From the NCBI GenBank assembly GCA_934162205.1, contig CAKPIA010000001.1:128058-192057 (forward strand): a stretch of DNA of 64,000 nucleotides, read 5' to 3'. The position numbers were made by a program, and so were the translations under genes. Within the stretch, counting starts at the first letter, position 1; the number at the start of each line of letters is the position of its first letter. The DNA comes from an uncultured Clostridia bacterium. GTDB lineage: Bacteria; Bacillota; Clostridia; TANB77; CAG-508. Positions 29,305 to 39,132 of the stretch are shown piece by piece. Under the pieces are notes generated by a model, which did not search any database, had not been told where the DNA came from, and worked only from the letters and a program-made list of their open reading frames with translations.

Positions 29305-30633
29305 ATGATTGATATAAAATTCTTAAGAGAAAATCCTGATATTGTTAAAGAAAATATTAAGAAAAAATTTCAAAATCATAAACTTTGTTTAGTAGATGAA
29401 GTTATTGATTTTGATAAAAAATATAGAGAAACAAAATTAAATGGTGATAATTTAAGAGCAGAAAGAAAATCATTAAGTTCTCAAATTGGAAATTTAATGA
29501 AAGCTGGTCAAAGAGATGAAGCTGAATCTGTAAAAAAACAAGTTGAAGAAATTAATGCAAAACTTTCTGAAAATGAAAAATTAGAGGAAGAATATTTTGA
29601 AGAAATAAAATCTAGAATGATGAAAATACCAAATATCATGCATGAATCTGTTCCTATAGGTGAAGATGATAGTAAAAATGTTGAATTACAAAGATATGGT
29701 GAACCTGTTGTTCCAGATTATGAAATTCCATATCATGGAGAAATAATGGAAAAACTTTGTGGATTAGATTTAGATAGTGCAAGAAGAGTTGCTGGACAAG
29801 GCTTCTATTATTTAATGGGTGATGTTGCTAGACTTCATTCTGCTGTATTAACATATGCTAGAGATTTCATGATTAATAAAGGTTTTACATATTGTATTCC
29901 ACCATATATGATTCGTAGTGAAGTTGTAACTGGTGTTATGAGTTTTGAAGAAATGGATGCAATGATGTATAAAATTGAAGGCGAAGATTTATACTTAATT
30001 GGTACTAGCGAACACTCTATGATTGGAAAATTTAAAGATCAAATTTTAAATAAAGCTGATATGCCTTATACTATGACATCTTATTCACCTTGTTTTAGGA
30101 AAGAAAAAGGTTCCCATGGATTAGAAGAACGTGGTGTTTATAGAATACATCAATTTGAAAAACAAGAAATGGTTGTTGTTTGTGAACCAGAAGATTCTTG
30201 GGAATGGTACAACAAAATGTGGTCATATACAGTAGAATTTTTTAGAAGTATGAATATTCCTGTTAGAACATTAGAATGTTGCTCTGGAGATTTAGCAGAT
30301 TTAAAAGCCAAAAGTGTTGATGTTGAGGCTTGGTCTCCTAGACAAAAAAAATATTTTGAAGTTGGAAGTTGTTCAAACTTAACAGATGCTCAAGCAAGAA
30401 GATTAGGAATAAGAATAAAAGGAGAAAATGGAAATTACTTTGCTCATACTCTTAATAACACAGTAGTTGCCCCACCTCGTATGTTAATTTCTATAATGGA
30501 AAATAATTACCAACCAGATGGAAGTGTTATTATTCCAGAAGTATTAAGACCATATATGGGTGGATTAGAAAAAATATCTCCAAAAGAACAAAAGCGGACA
30601 TTAATAACTTTTGTTCTTATTAAAACATTTTGA
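29305..30633 (+). CDS. serS: Seryl-tRNA synthetase. The C-terminus may be altered or extended.
   Basis: N-terminal coiled-coil arm and class II aaRS motifs. Length is 442 aa, about 15 aa longer than typical, with an atypical tail KRTLITFVLIKTF. Confidence 0.9.
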   Translation: MIDIKFLRENPDIVKENIKKKFQNHKLCLVDEVIDFDKKYRETKLNGDNLRAERKSLSSQIGNLMKAGQRDEAESVKKQVEEINAKLSENEKLEEEYFEEIKSRMMKIPNIMHESVPIGEDDSKNVELQRYGEPVVPDYEIPYHGEIMEKLCGLDLDSARRVAGQGFYYLMGDVARLHSAVLTYARDFMINKGFTYCIPPYMIRSEVVTGVMSFEEMDAMMYKIEGEDLYLIGTSEHSMIGKFKDQILNKADMPYTMTSYSPCFRKEKGSHGLEERGVYRIHQFEKQEMVVVCEPEDSWEWYNKMWSYTVEFFRSMNIPVRTLECCSGDLADLKAKSVDVEAWSPRQKKYFEVGSCSNLTDAQARRLGIRIKGENGNYFAHTLNNTVVAPPRMLISIMENNYQPDGSVIIPEVLRPYMGGLEKISPKEQKRTLITFVLIKTF

Positions 30634-30878
30634 AGTCCGCGTCTTTGTTCGTGCGTGAAATTTACAAAGCAAATTTCTGTGCAATATAATAATAATTTTT
30701 ATAAAATAGAAAATTACTTAATTTGTAATTTTCTATTTTTGTCTTTATAATAAGCAATAAATTAAGGTTTTTGTTGTATTTTACATAAAAACATGATATA
30801 ATTTTGCCATAGTAAGTTTTAGTAACCTTTAATATTTAAATTATTATTATTTTTTTAATTAAAAAGGAGGTACACATT

Positions 30879-32174
30879 ATGGGAAAAATTATTCCTTGTG
30901 TCACAGAAATCGTTGGAGCATACTGGGGCGACGAAGGTAAAGGCAGAGTTGCTGCTTTTGAAGCCCGGGATGCAAAATTGGTTTTAAGAACCACTGGTGG
31001 TAATAATGCTGGTCATACAGTGTATTACAATGGAGAAAAAATTCCACTTCATTTAATACCTGGAGGTATTATTTATGATCAAGCAACGGCAGTTATTTGC
31101 CAAGGAGTTGTTGTTGACCCCAAAGTTTTAAAGGACGAGATTGATTTACTTTCTAAGTATATCAATATTACTCCTGATAAACTTATTATTTCAGACTGTG
31201 CTCATCTCATTTTACCGCATCATATTGCCCTGGATAAGATTCAGGAAAATTTACGCGGTAATAATAAGATTGGCACTACAAAATCTGGAATCGGTCCATG
31301 TTATCATGACATGAGTGACCGGGTAGGCATTAGAATGATGGATTTATTCCGTTCTGAAGAAGGTCTTAAAGAACTTATTAAGACTGTATTACAGTTTAAT
31401 GCACCGGTTATGCAGTTAGAAGATATTTCGTATTCTGTTGAAGAGTACTATGATTTCTGTATGACTGCAAAGAAAAATATTGGTAAGTTCATAAAAAATG
31501 CTGAGCCTACAATTGATTTTGCCTTGAAAAATCATGACAAAATCGTCATTGAAGGTGCACAGGCAGATCATTTGGATATTCTTAACGGAGACTATCCAGA
31601 TTGTACAAGTTCACAGTGCAATCCATCTGGAACTCTTTCTGGTGCAGGAATTGGTCCTGTGTATGTTGAAAGAGTAATTGCAACTACAAAGGCATATTGT
31701 TCACGGGTAGGTAATGGTATTTTTCCTACAGAACTGGATGATGATGAAGGAGACATCATAAGAGAATTTGGCTACGAATATGGCACAACTACAGGTCGCC
31801 CACGAAGATGTGGCTGGTTAGACTTAGTTGCTCTAAGAACAGTAACTAGAGGCTATACCGATCTTTGTTTAAACCATTTGGATACAATCGGTTTAATAGG
31901 AAATAAACTTGGACATATAAAAATCTGTACAGGTTATACCTACAAAGGAGTTGTAACATACAACTTCCCTACTGACACAAAAATTAGCGGAAAATCGCCA
32001 AAACCACACTATAAAACATTTGATGGTGGTTGGGAAATTCCTGATAACTGTAGATCTTTTGATGAACTTCCAGAAAAAGCAAAGGAATTTGTTCTCTTTA
32101 TTGAAGAATACACTAAGATTCCTGTTAGCTATATTGGCATAGGTCCTAATAACGAAGATACAATCATTCGTTAA
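30879..32174 (+). CDS. purA: Adenylosuccinate synthetase with strongly atypical (higher) GC content.
   Basis: GDEGKGR P-loop, GGNNAGHT, and TTGRPRRCGW motifs. Length is 431 aa. Local GC is about 40-45% against about 22-25% in the flanks. It uses CGG/CCG/GGC codons that are rare elsewhere in the window. Confidence 0.9.
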   Translation: MGKIIPCVTEIVGAYWGDEGKGRVAAFEARDAKLVLRTTGGNNAGHTVYYNGEKIPLHLIPGGIIYDQATAVICQGVVVDPKVLKDEIDLLSKYINITPDKLIISDCAHLILPHHIALDKIQENLRGNNKIGTTKSGIGPCYHDMSDRVGIRMMDLFRSEEGLKELIKTVLQFNAPVMQLEDISYSVEEYYDFCMTAKKNIGKFIKNAEPTIDFALKNHDKIVIEGAQADHLDILNGDYPDCTSSQCNPSGTLSGAGIGPVYVERVIATTKAYCSRVGNGIFPTELDDDEGDIIREFGYEYGTTTGRPRRCGWLDLVALRTVTRGYTDLCLNHLDTIGLIGNKLGHIKICTGYTYKGVVTYNFPTDTKISGKSPKPHYKTFDGGWEIPDNCRSFDELPEKAKEFVLFIEEYTKIPVSYIGIGPNNEDTIIR

Positions 32175-32195
32175 AATTATCACCAAAACTTACTA

Positions 32196-32235
32196 AGCTA
32201 AGTCACTCTATATAGAGTGACTTAGTATTTTATAT
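32196..32235 (+). terminator. purA terminator.
   Basis: TAAGTCACTCTATATAGAGTGACTTAG palindrome plus a T-run. Confidence 0.6.
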
Positions 32236-32328
32236 ATAAGAATATCTTGTCAAACTATATTTGTTATTATCTTGAAAAAAGCTGTTAAATATGTTATTAT
32301 AAATATATTAATTTAAAGGAGAAAAAAT

Positions 32329-32913
32329 ATGATAGTTCAAAATCCTAAATTTGAAATTTCAGCAGTAAAACCAAGTCAATATCCTACAAATAATTTGCCA
32401 GAAATTGTTTTAGTTGGAAAATCTAATGTTGGAAAATCAAGTTTTATAAATACAATGATAAATAGAAAAAAATTAGCTAGAACAAGTAGTGAACCAGGAA
32501 AAACAAGACAAATTAATTTTTATAATATTGATGAAACCTTTTATTTTGTTGATTTACCTGGTTATGGCTATAGTAAAATGTCTAAACAAGAACAAGTAAA
32601 AGTTGGAAATTTTATTGAAGAATATTTATTTAAAAGACAACAAATTTCTTTAATTATATTTTTAATTGATATAAGGCACTCTCCTACTGCTAATGATAAA
32701 CTTATGTATAATTATGTTATTAGATCAAAATTACCTTTTATTATACTTGCAAATAAAGCTGATAAAATTGCTATAACAAAAGTTTCTGACCAAGTAAGTA
32801 ATTTATTAAAAGAAATAAATCCAATTGGTGATGCAACTTGTTTACCATTTTCTTCTGAAAGAAAAATTTATAAAGAAGATGTTTGGAATATTATTGATGA
32901 ATATATTAAATAA
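32329..32913 (+). CDS. engB: Ribosome biogenesis GTPase EngB/YihA/YsxC.
   Basis: VGKSNVGKSSFIN G1 motif, DLPGYG, NKADK. Confidence 0.9.
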   Translation: MIVQNPKFEISAVKPSQYPTNNLPEIVLVGKSNVGKSSFINTMINRKKLARTSSEPGKTRQINFYNIDETFYFVDLPGYGYSKMSKQEQVKVGNFIEEYLFKRQQISLIIFLIDIRHSPTANDKLMYNYVIRSKLPFIILANKADKIAITKVSDQVSNLLKEINPIGDATCLPFSSERKIYKEDVWNIIDEYIK

Positions 32914-32977
32914 AAGCAAATATATGAACCTAAATTTTTTAAGTTCATATATCTGTTTTTTTATTTATATATTTTTT

Positions 32978-33226
32978 CTAGCATCTTCTTATTTTACATG
33001 CACATAGTTTGTATATTACCAATAAAATAAAGAAAAATCCTAAAATTGATGCAGTTGCAATTAATACTCCTAAATTTCCTGTAAGTGTTGATACATAAAC
33101 TGTTCCTAATATTAATCCAATAACTCCTAATATAAATGCAAATACTATTCCTATAATGATATTTAAACAACAACATGCCCTTTTATCACATTTGTTATAG
33201 TTCTCTGGTTCCATCATATTATCCAC
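32978..33226 (-). CDS. Small Cys-rich membrane protein of 82 aa.
   Basis: Two TM helices flanked by CDKRACCC and CACKIRRC. Confidence 0.4.
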   Translation of the reverse strand: MDNMMEPENYNKCDKRACCCLNIIIGIVFAFILGVIGLILGTVYVSTLTGNLGVLIATASILGFFFILLVIYKLCACKIRRC

Positions 33227-33350
33227 CTCCTACCATAGCATTGATTTGCTATAGTATATATTATTCATTTTATTTTTAGTTGTTACACTTTTCGACATTA
33301 TTTTTAATTTAAGATGATTTATATAATTTTGTGCAATATCATACAAACAA

Positions 33351-33477
33351 TTTATATATATGTTTTGTAATGTCGCATAGCGAGCAACCGGAGCGTAGCG
33401 GAGGGAAAATGAAGCATCCTTCCTTAGAAAGGAATCCGAAGGATGCGACAACAAGACATAAAAAACATATATATAAA
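33351..33477 (+). repeat. MITE-like repeat, copy B.
   Basis: TIR CAATTTATATATATGTTTT / AAAACATATATATAAATTG flanking the same core as copies A and C. Confidence 0.8.
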
Positions 33478-33563
33478 TTGCTGCTTAATAAATATTGGTA
33501 TAAGATTTATAAATAAATTATAAAATAAAAGTAATTCACATTAGTGAATTACTTTTATTTTAT

Positions 33564-33749
33564 TTATTCTTTGCTCTCTATTTTTTTAGTAATTGCTTTC
33601 AATGCTTTTTGTCTTTCTAGAACAACAACATGTCCACAACCTTCGCACTTTAACTTAAAATCAACTCCAACTCTAGTTATTTCCCATAACTTGCTTCCAC
33701 ATGGATGAGGTTTTTTGGTTCTTACAATATCTCCTATATTATATTCCAA
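33564..33749 (-). CDS. DUF951-family small protein.
   Basis: MEYNIGDIVRTKKPHPCGSKLWEI...CEGCGHVV is the typical DUF951 sequence. Confidence 0.65.
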   Translation of the reverse strand: MEYNIGDIVRTKKPHPCGSKLWEITRVGVDFKLKCEGCGHVVVLERQKALKAITKKIESKE

Positions 33750-33766
33750 TACTTTTACCTCCTAAA

Positions 33767-35431
33767 TTATTTTAAATTTTTTATTGCTGTTTCAAATCTT
33801 TCTTTTATTCTATTTTTACCCAAAACATTCATAATCTCGTACATATCTGGAGTATTAGTTCTTGCTGTTAATGCAACTCTTAATACTGTACTTACATCTC
33901 CAACATGTGCTTTATATTTATCAGGATTTGCTTTAAATTCTTTTACTTCTTTAGCATATCCCATCTCTCCTGCTAATTCTTTAATTTTATCAAACCAAGT
34001 TTGTTTATCATCATTTTCATTAAAATATTTTTCTATATACAATTTTAAAATTTGTTCAATACTTTCTTTGTCATTAATTACTTGATATGGATATTCTTTA
34101 GTATTTTCATAAAATTTATTATCATACATATATTCAATATTTTCTTTTACTTCTGACCATTTTGCAATATCTTTTCTAGGCTTTTTATTTCCTCTTTCTA
34201 TTCCAAATACTTTAAGTGCATATTCTTTATCTTCTAGCATTTTTGCTAATTCAGAATCATATTCTTTAGCCCAAATTAATGATTTATTATATACTTCTTC
34301 TGCTGTCATTTTTGATATAACTGTTTTTCCTATATCTAGTAATTTTACAATATCTAAAAGAGCTCCACTAACACTCATTTTATTTAATTGAAAATCAAAA
34401 TCTTCTATTGATTTATCTGGGTTTGCTCTTTTCCAGTTTTCAAAACTTGAATTTGCAATATTTAATAAATATTCTTTAACTGCTTCTGCTGGTATTCCTT
34501 CTTCTTTGTAATATGATACTGCTGCTTCTGGGTCTTTTCTTTTACTTATTTTACGTTTATTTCCATTATCGTTTTTTAATATTGTTGGAGTATGTGCATA
34601 TTTAGGTGCTTTAAATCCCATTTCATAAAATAATTGTAAATGTAATGGAACTGAAGATAACCACTCATCTCCTCTAGTCACGTGTGTTGTATGCATTAAA
34701 TGATCATCAACAACATGTGCAAAATGATATGTTGGAAGTCCATCGGATTTTATTATTACAACATCTTGATCATTTTCTGGGAAATCAACATTTCCTTTTA
34801 TTACATCTTTATGTTTAATTTTTTTATCTTCTCTTCCTTGTGATTTAAATCTAATTATATATTCTTCACCATTTTTTATTTTCTCTGCAGCTTCATTAAG
34901 TGGTAATGTTCTATATTTTGCCCATATTCCATAATAACCTGTTCTTATTTTAGCAGCTTCCTGTTTTGCTCTTATTTCGTCTAATTCTTCTTTAGTTGCA
35001 AAGCATGGATAAGCTTTTCCTTGTTGTAACATGTATTTAGCATAAGATTGATAAATTTCTTTTCTAAATGATTGTCTATATGGTCCATAATTTCCTTTCC
35101 ATTCTGTTTCTGAAATCATTCCTTCATCTGGTTCTAAATCAAAGTCTCTTAATGCATCTATTATTTGTTTTATTCCATTTTCTATTTCTCTTTTTTGGTC
35201 TGTATCTTCTATTCTTAGAAAAAATACTCCACCTGTTTGTTTTGCTAACTTCTTAGCAATTAATGCTTGATATATTGTTCCTATGTGAACATTTCCTGTT
35301 GGACTAGGTCCTATTCTTAATACCATTGCACCTTCTGGTAAGTTTCTTTCTGGATATTTTTCTTCATAATATGATATATCTTTCGCATCTGGAAATATTA
35401 AATCTGCTAACTCTTTATAATCCATTTTCAT
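33767..35431 (-). CDS. gltX: Glutamyl-tRNA synthetase.
   Basis: HIGH-type motif PSPTGNVHIGT and KMSKS-type KISKRK. Length is 554 aa. Confidence 0.85.
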   Translation of the reverse strand: MKMDYKELADLIFPDAKDISYYEEKYPERNLPEGAMVLRIGPSPTGNVHIGTIYQALIAKKLAKQTGGVFFLRIEDTDQKREIENGIKQIIDALRDFDLEPDEGMISETEWKGNYGPYRQSFRKEIYQSYAKYMLQQGKAYPCFATKEELDEIRAKQEAAKIRTGYYGIWAKYRTLPLNEAAEKIKNGEEYIIRFKSQGREDKKIKHKDVIKGNVDFPENDQDVVIIKSDGLPTYHFAHVVDDHLMHTTHVTRGDEWLSSVPLHLQLFYEMGFKAPKYAHTPTILKNDNGNKRKISKRKDPEAAVSYYKEEGIPAEAVKEYLLNIANSSFENWKRANPDKSIEDFDFQLNKMSVSGALLDIVKLLDIGKTVISKMTAEEVYNKSLIWAKEYDSELAKMLEDKEYALKVFGIERGNKKPRKDIAKWSEVKENIEYMYDNKFYENTKEYPYQVINDKESIEQILKLYIEKYFNENDDKQTWFDKIKELAGEMGYAKEVKEFKANPDKYKAHVGDVSTVLRVALTARTNTPDMYEIMNVLGKNRIKERFETAIKNLK

Positions 35432-35565
35432 CTCTCCTTAAGTTTTAATCTTACTTATTATATCATAATAACTTTATTGTATCAATAAATTATATAATAA
35501 AAAGAATAAGTGGGTAACAAATCAAAATACCAAGGTTGCAAAAACCTTGGTATTACTGTATTTAA

Positions 35566-37491
35566 TTATACTTCCATAATAATTGGTATAATCATTGGAT
35601 TTCTTTTTGTTTTAGCAAAAATATAATCTTTCAAGTTCTCTTTTACAGTTCCTTTTATTGTTGACCAATCAGTTATTCCCTTTTCCTCACATTTTTTTAT
35701 CTCATGTCTTACAACTGATTTCACATCATCCATTAAATTTTCAGATTCTCTTACATACACAAATCCTCTAGAGATAACATCTGGTCCTGCTACAACCTCT
35801 CCTGTTGTAGAATCCATTGTTAAAACTATTATTATTAAGCCATCTTGTGATAAATGTTGTCTATCTCTTAAAACTATATTTCCAACATCTCCAACACCTA
35901 ATCCATCTACAAGTACTCTTCCATTTGGTACTGAAGTTGTTAATTTTGCTTCATTTTCGTTTATTTCCAATACTCTACCATTTGTCATCATAAATATATG
36001 ATCTTTATCTATTCCCATTAATTGAGCAGTTTCACTATGTGCTATAAGTTGTCTATATTCACCATGAACAGGTATAAAGAATTTTGGTTTTGTTAATGCC
36101 ATCATTAATTTTTGTTCCTCTTGACATGCATGCCCTGATACGTGAACATCTTCTAATGCACTATATACAACATCTGCCCCAATTTGCATTAAGTCATCAA
36201 TTACTTTTGATACATATTTTTCATTTCCTGGTATTGGTGTTGCAGAAATTATTACTAAATCATTTGGAGTTATTTTTACTTTTCTATGTTCTCCTGCTGC
36301 CATTCTTGTTAATGCTGACATAGTTTCTCCTTGACTTCCTGTTGTAATTATAACCAATTGTTCATCTGTATAATTTCCTATCATGTCTATATCTATAAAT
36401 ATATCTTTTGGACATGTTATATATCCTAATTCTCTTGCAGTATCTATCATATTTATCATACTTCTTCCACATACTGCAATTTTTCTATTATTTGCAACTG
36501 CCGCATTTACTATTTGTTGAACTCTATGAACATTTGATGCAAATGTTGCAACTACTATTCTTTTTGTACAATTTAAAAATAATTTATCAAATACTTCTCC
36601 AACTGTTCTTTCAGACATTGTAAATCCTTTTCTTTCGGAATTTGTACTGTCTGACATAAGTGCTAATACTCCCTTTTTTCCAAGTTCTGCAATTCTTCCA
36701 AAATCCATTAATTGACCATCTATAGGTGTGTAATCAATTTTAAAATCTCCTGTATGTAGTATAACTCCAACAGGTGTATTTATTGCTAAAGCTACTGAAT
36801 CTGGAATACTGTGAGAACTTCTTATAAATTCAACTTTAAAGTTTTTTCCTAATTTTATTGTTTCTCCTTGATTAACTACTTTTAATTTAGTTCCTCTTAA
36901 TAATTTATGTTCTTCTAATTTATTACTTATTAATCCAGCTGTTAATTTAGTTGCATATATTGGTACATTAATTTGTTTTAAAATATATGGTATTGCTCCT
37001 ATATGATCTTCATGACCATGTGTTATAACTAAGCCTTTAATTTTGTCTTTATTTCTTATTAAATAAGTTATATCTGGTATTACTAAATCAATACCTAACA
37101 TATCATCTTCTGGAAAAGATAATCCACAATCTACTACTATTATTTCATCTTCATATTCAAATACTGTAATATTTTTTCCAACTTCGTGTAAACCTCCAAG
37201 TGGTATTATTTTTAAATTACTTTTTTTAAATATACTATCTCTTTTTGTATTTCTTGTTTCTTTTCTTTTCTCTGTTTTATTTTTTTTATCAACTATTTCT
37301 GCATTTTCTGTTTTTTCATTTTTTAAATTTGCATTAGTTTTTGTATTTTTCTTATTAAAATTACTTCTTCTTGTTGTCTTTTTTTCCTTATTTATATTAA
37401 CCGCTTTTTCTTTTATATTTCTAATCGTACTTGTTTTTTTACTAGTATTTTTCTTTGTATCTTTTATAATCTTAAAATCTTCTTCTGTCAT
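35566..37491 (-). CDS. rnj: Ribonuclease J with an approximately 90-aa Lys-rich N-terminal extension.
   Basis: Metallo-beta-lactamase HGHEDHIG and beta-CASP domains. Length is 641 aa. Confidence 0.9.
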   Translation of the reverse strand: MTEEDFKIIKDTKKNTSKKTSTIRNIKEKAVNINKEKKTTRRSNFNKKNTKTNANLKNEKTENAEIVDKKNKTEKRKETRNTKRDSIFKKSNLKIIPLGGLHEVGKNITVFEYEDEIIVVDCGLSFPEDDMLGIDLVIPDITYLIRNKDKIKGLVITHGHEDHIGAIPYILKQINVPIYATKLTAGLISNKLEEHKLLRGTKLKVVNQGETIKLGKNFKVEFIRSSHSIPDSVALAINTPVGVILHTGDFKIDYTPIDGQLMDFGRIAELGKKGVLALMSDSTNSERKGFTMSERTVGEVFDKLFLNCTKRIVVATFASNVHRVQQIVNAAVANNRKIAVCGRSMINMIDTARELGYITCPKDIFIDIDMIGNYTDEQLVIITTGSQGETMSALTRMAAGEHRKVKITPNDLVIISATPIPGNEKYVSKVIDDLMQIGADVVYSALEDVHVSGHACQEEQKLMMALTKPKFFIPVHGEYRQLIAHSETAQLMGIDKDHIFMMTNGRVLEINENEAKLTTSVPNGRVLVDGLGVGDVGNIVLRDRQHLSQDGLIIIVLTMDSTTGEVVAGPDVISRGFVYVRESENLMDDVKSVVRHEIKKCEEKGITDWSTIKGTVKENLKDYIFAKTKRNPMIIPIIMEV

Positions 37492-37858
37492 ATAATCTCC
37501 TTTCTTTTTCTTACATAAAAATTAAAATTAGTTTAATAATAAACTAATCGTCAACATATTTATTTCTTATTAATACATAAATTTACACCCTAAAAAAACG
37601 TCTATTTATATAATGCTCTCACATTTATTATATAATAAACTTACATGTATTCAATTTTAATATTTCCCGATCAATTTTATTATTCACTTTTCTCATTATT
37701 TAATACATAAAAACAAAATCTCATTTTTGCCATAGGCAACTCACTATTTAATATTCTATCATTAATTTATAAAAAAGTCAAATTGCCCATTTTGACTTTT
37801 GCGAAATATAGTTGTATAATTAATTATGTAACCTGTTGTTTTAATCAAAGGAGGTATT

Positions 37859-38089
37859 ATGAAAGAAAAATTCCTTCAAAAAGTTTTCGATTATATTGAA
37901 GATATTATTATTCTAGAAATGTTAATACCATCAATATATGGTATTTCCTTAGCTTTGCGGGAACAATCGAAAATAACCATTTTTTTTGTTTACTTCTTTT
38001 TAGGTTTTGTACTTGCAGGAGCAACAATGCTCTTGTGTGCATTAATTATTATACACTATGAAAAAAAAGACAAAAAACAAAAAAAATAA
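37859..38089 (+). CDS. Small membrane protein of 76 aa.
   Basis: RBS GGAGG, two TM segments, KKDKKQKK tail. Confidence 0.4.
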   Translation: MKEKFLQKVFDYIEDIIILEMLIPSIYGISLALREQSKITIFFVYFFLGFVLAGATMLLCALIIIHYEKKDKKQKK

Positions 38090-38117
38090 TCCTTTAAAAG
38101 AGTAAGTAAAATTTTAC

Positions 38118-39005
38118 TTACTCTTTTATTGTTGCCCCTATTATTCCAGCATCATTTCCTAATATTGCAATTTTTATATCTATATTTCTTTTTATTTTTT
38201 CTTCTAATCTATTTTTTATCTTTTCTAGTAATATATGTATATAATAAATAAATCCCCCACCTATGTCTATTACATTAACATTATATTTGTTTAATATTAT
38301 TGTTAATCCATCTGTTAAATCTTCTACATATTCATCTATTACTTTTTTTATTATTTCATTATCCGGATTATTATTAATTATTTTTACAATTTCTTTTCCA
38401 CTAGTTTGTTCATCTAATTGCATTTTTTTTCTTATATTATCTTTAAGAGCTTTCATTCCAGCATATTTTTCAAAACAACCATTTTGACCACAATTACATT
38501 TTATTCCATTTTCCTTTAAAATTATATGTCCAAATTCAAATTCTGCTTTATTTTTACTTTTTATTAATTTATCATCAACAAAAACAGCTCCTCCTATTCC
38601 TGTTCCAATTGTTAAAAATACTGCATTTTTAACATTTCTTAAACTTCCATATTTTTTTTCTGCAATACCTGCACATTGTGAATCATTTTTTATTAAATAT
38701 TCTATATCTTTTAAATTAGTTTTATTTTTTAAATGTTCTATTATATTATAATTTCTAAATCCCAAATTTGGTGATTCTTCTATTATATTATTTTCTATTT
38801 TCCCTGCTGAAGATACTCCTATTGTTTCTATTTTATATTTTTGATTAAATTCTAATATTTTTCTTACTAAATATTCTTCTATAAATTCTTCTATTTTTTC
38901 TTTATCTTCTTTTAATATTCTTATTTCTTCTTGTTCTATAATTTTCCCATTATCAACTATTCCAATTCCTACATGACTTCCACCAATGTCTATTCCAATT
39001 TTCAT
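38118..39005 (-). CDS. ROK-family sugar kinase (glucokinase-like).
   Basis: N-terminal IGIDIGGSHVGIG and the ROK zinc motif CNCGQNGCFEKY. Confidence 0.85.
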   Translation of the reverse strand: MKIGIDIGGSHVGIGIVDNGKIIEQEEIRILKEDKEKIEEFIEEYLVRKILEFNQKYKIETIGVSSAGKIENNIIEESPNLGFRNYNIIEHLKNKTNLKDIEYLIKNDSQCAGIAEKKYGSLRNVKNAVFLTIGTGIGGAVFVDDKLIKSKNKAEFEFGHIILKENGIKCNCGQNGCFEKYAGMKALKDNIRKKMQLDEQTSGKEIVKIINNNPDNEIIKKVIDEYVEDLTDGLTIILNKYNVNVIDIGGGFIYYIHILLEKIKNRLEEKIKRNIDIKIAILGNDAGIIGATIKE

Positions 39006-39132
39006 AAATTTCTCCTTTAAACAATTTATAATTTAATTTTGCTATATTTATCTTCTTCAGAAAATTATCATAGTATGATAATTTTCTGAAATACTAAAAA
39101 CTTCTAATGATAATTCATTAGAAGTTCTATTT

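Noticed and set aside
20151-30606. Shared 13-mer AAGCGGA(A)CATTA at the RluA frameshift and the serS 3' end, considered as an inserted mobile motif.
   Set aside because: It is too short to distinguish from chance in 128 kb of two-strand sequence. It is retained only as a possible sequencing-error context in the findings.
33230-33516. ORFs 33230-33454 (-) and 33331-33516 (+) spanning repeat copy B.
   Set aside because: They are created by the GC-rich repeat core, which also occurs non-coding at the other two loci. No RBS.
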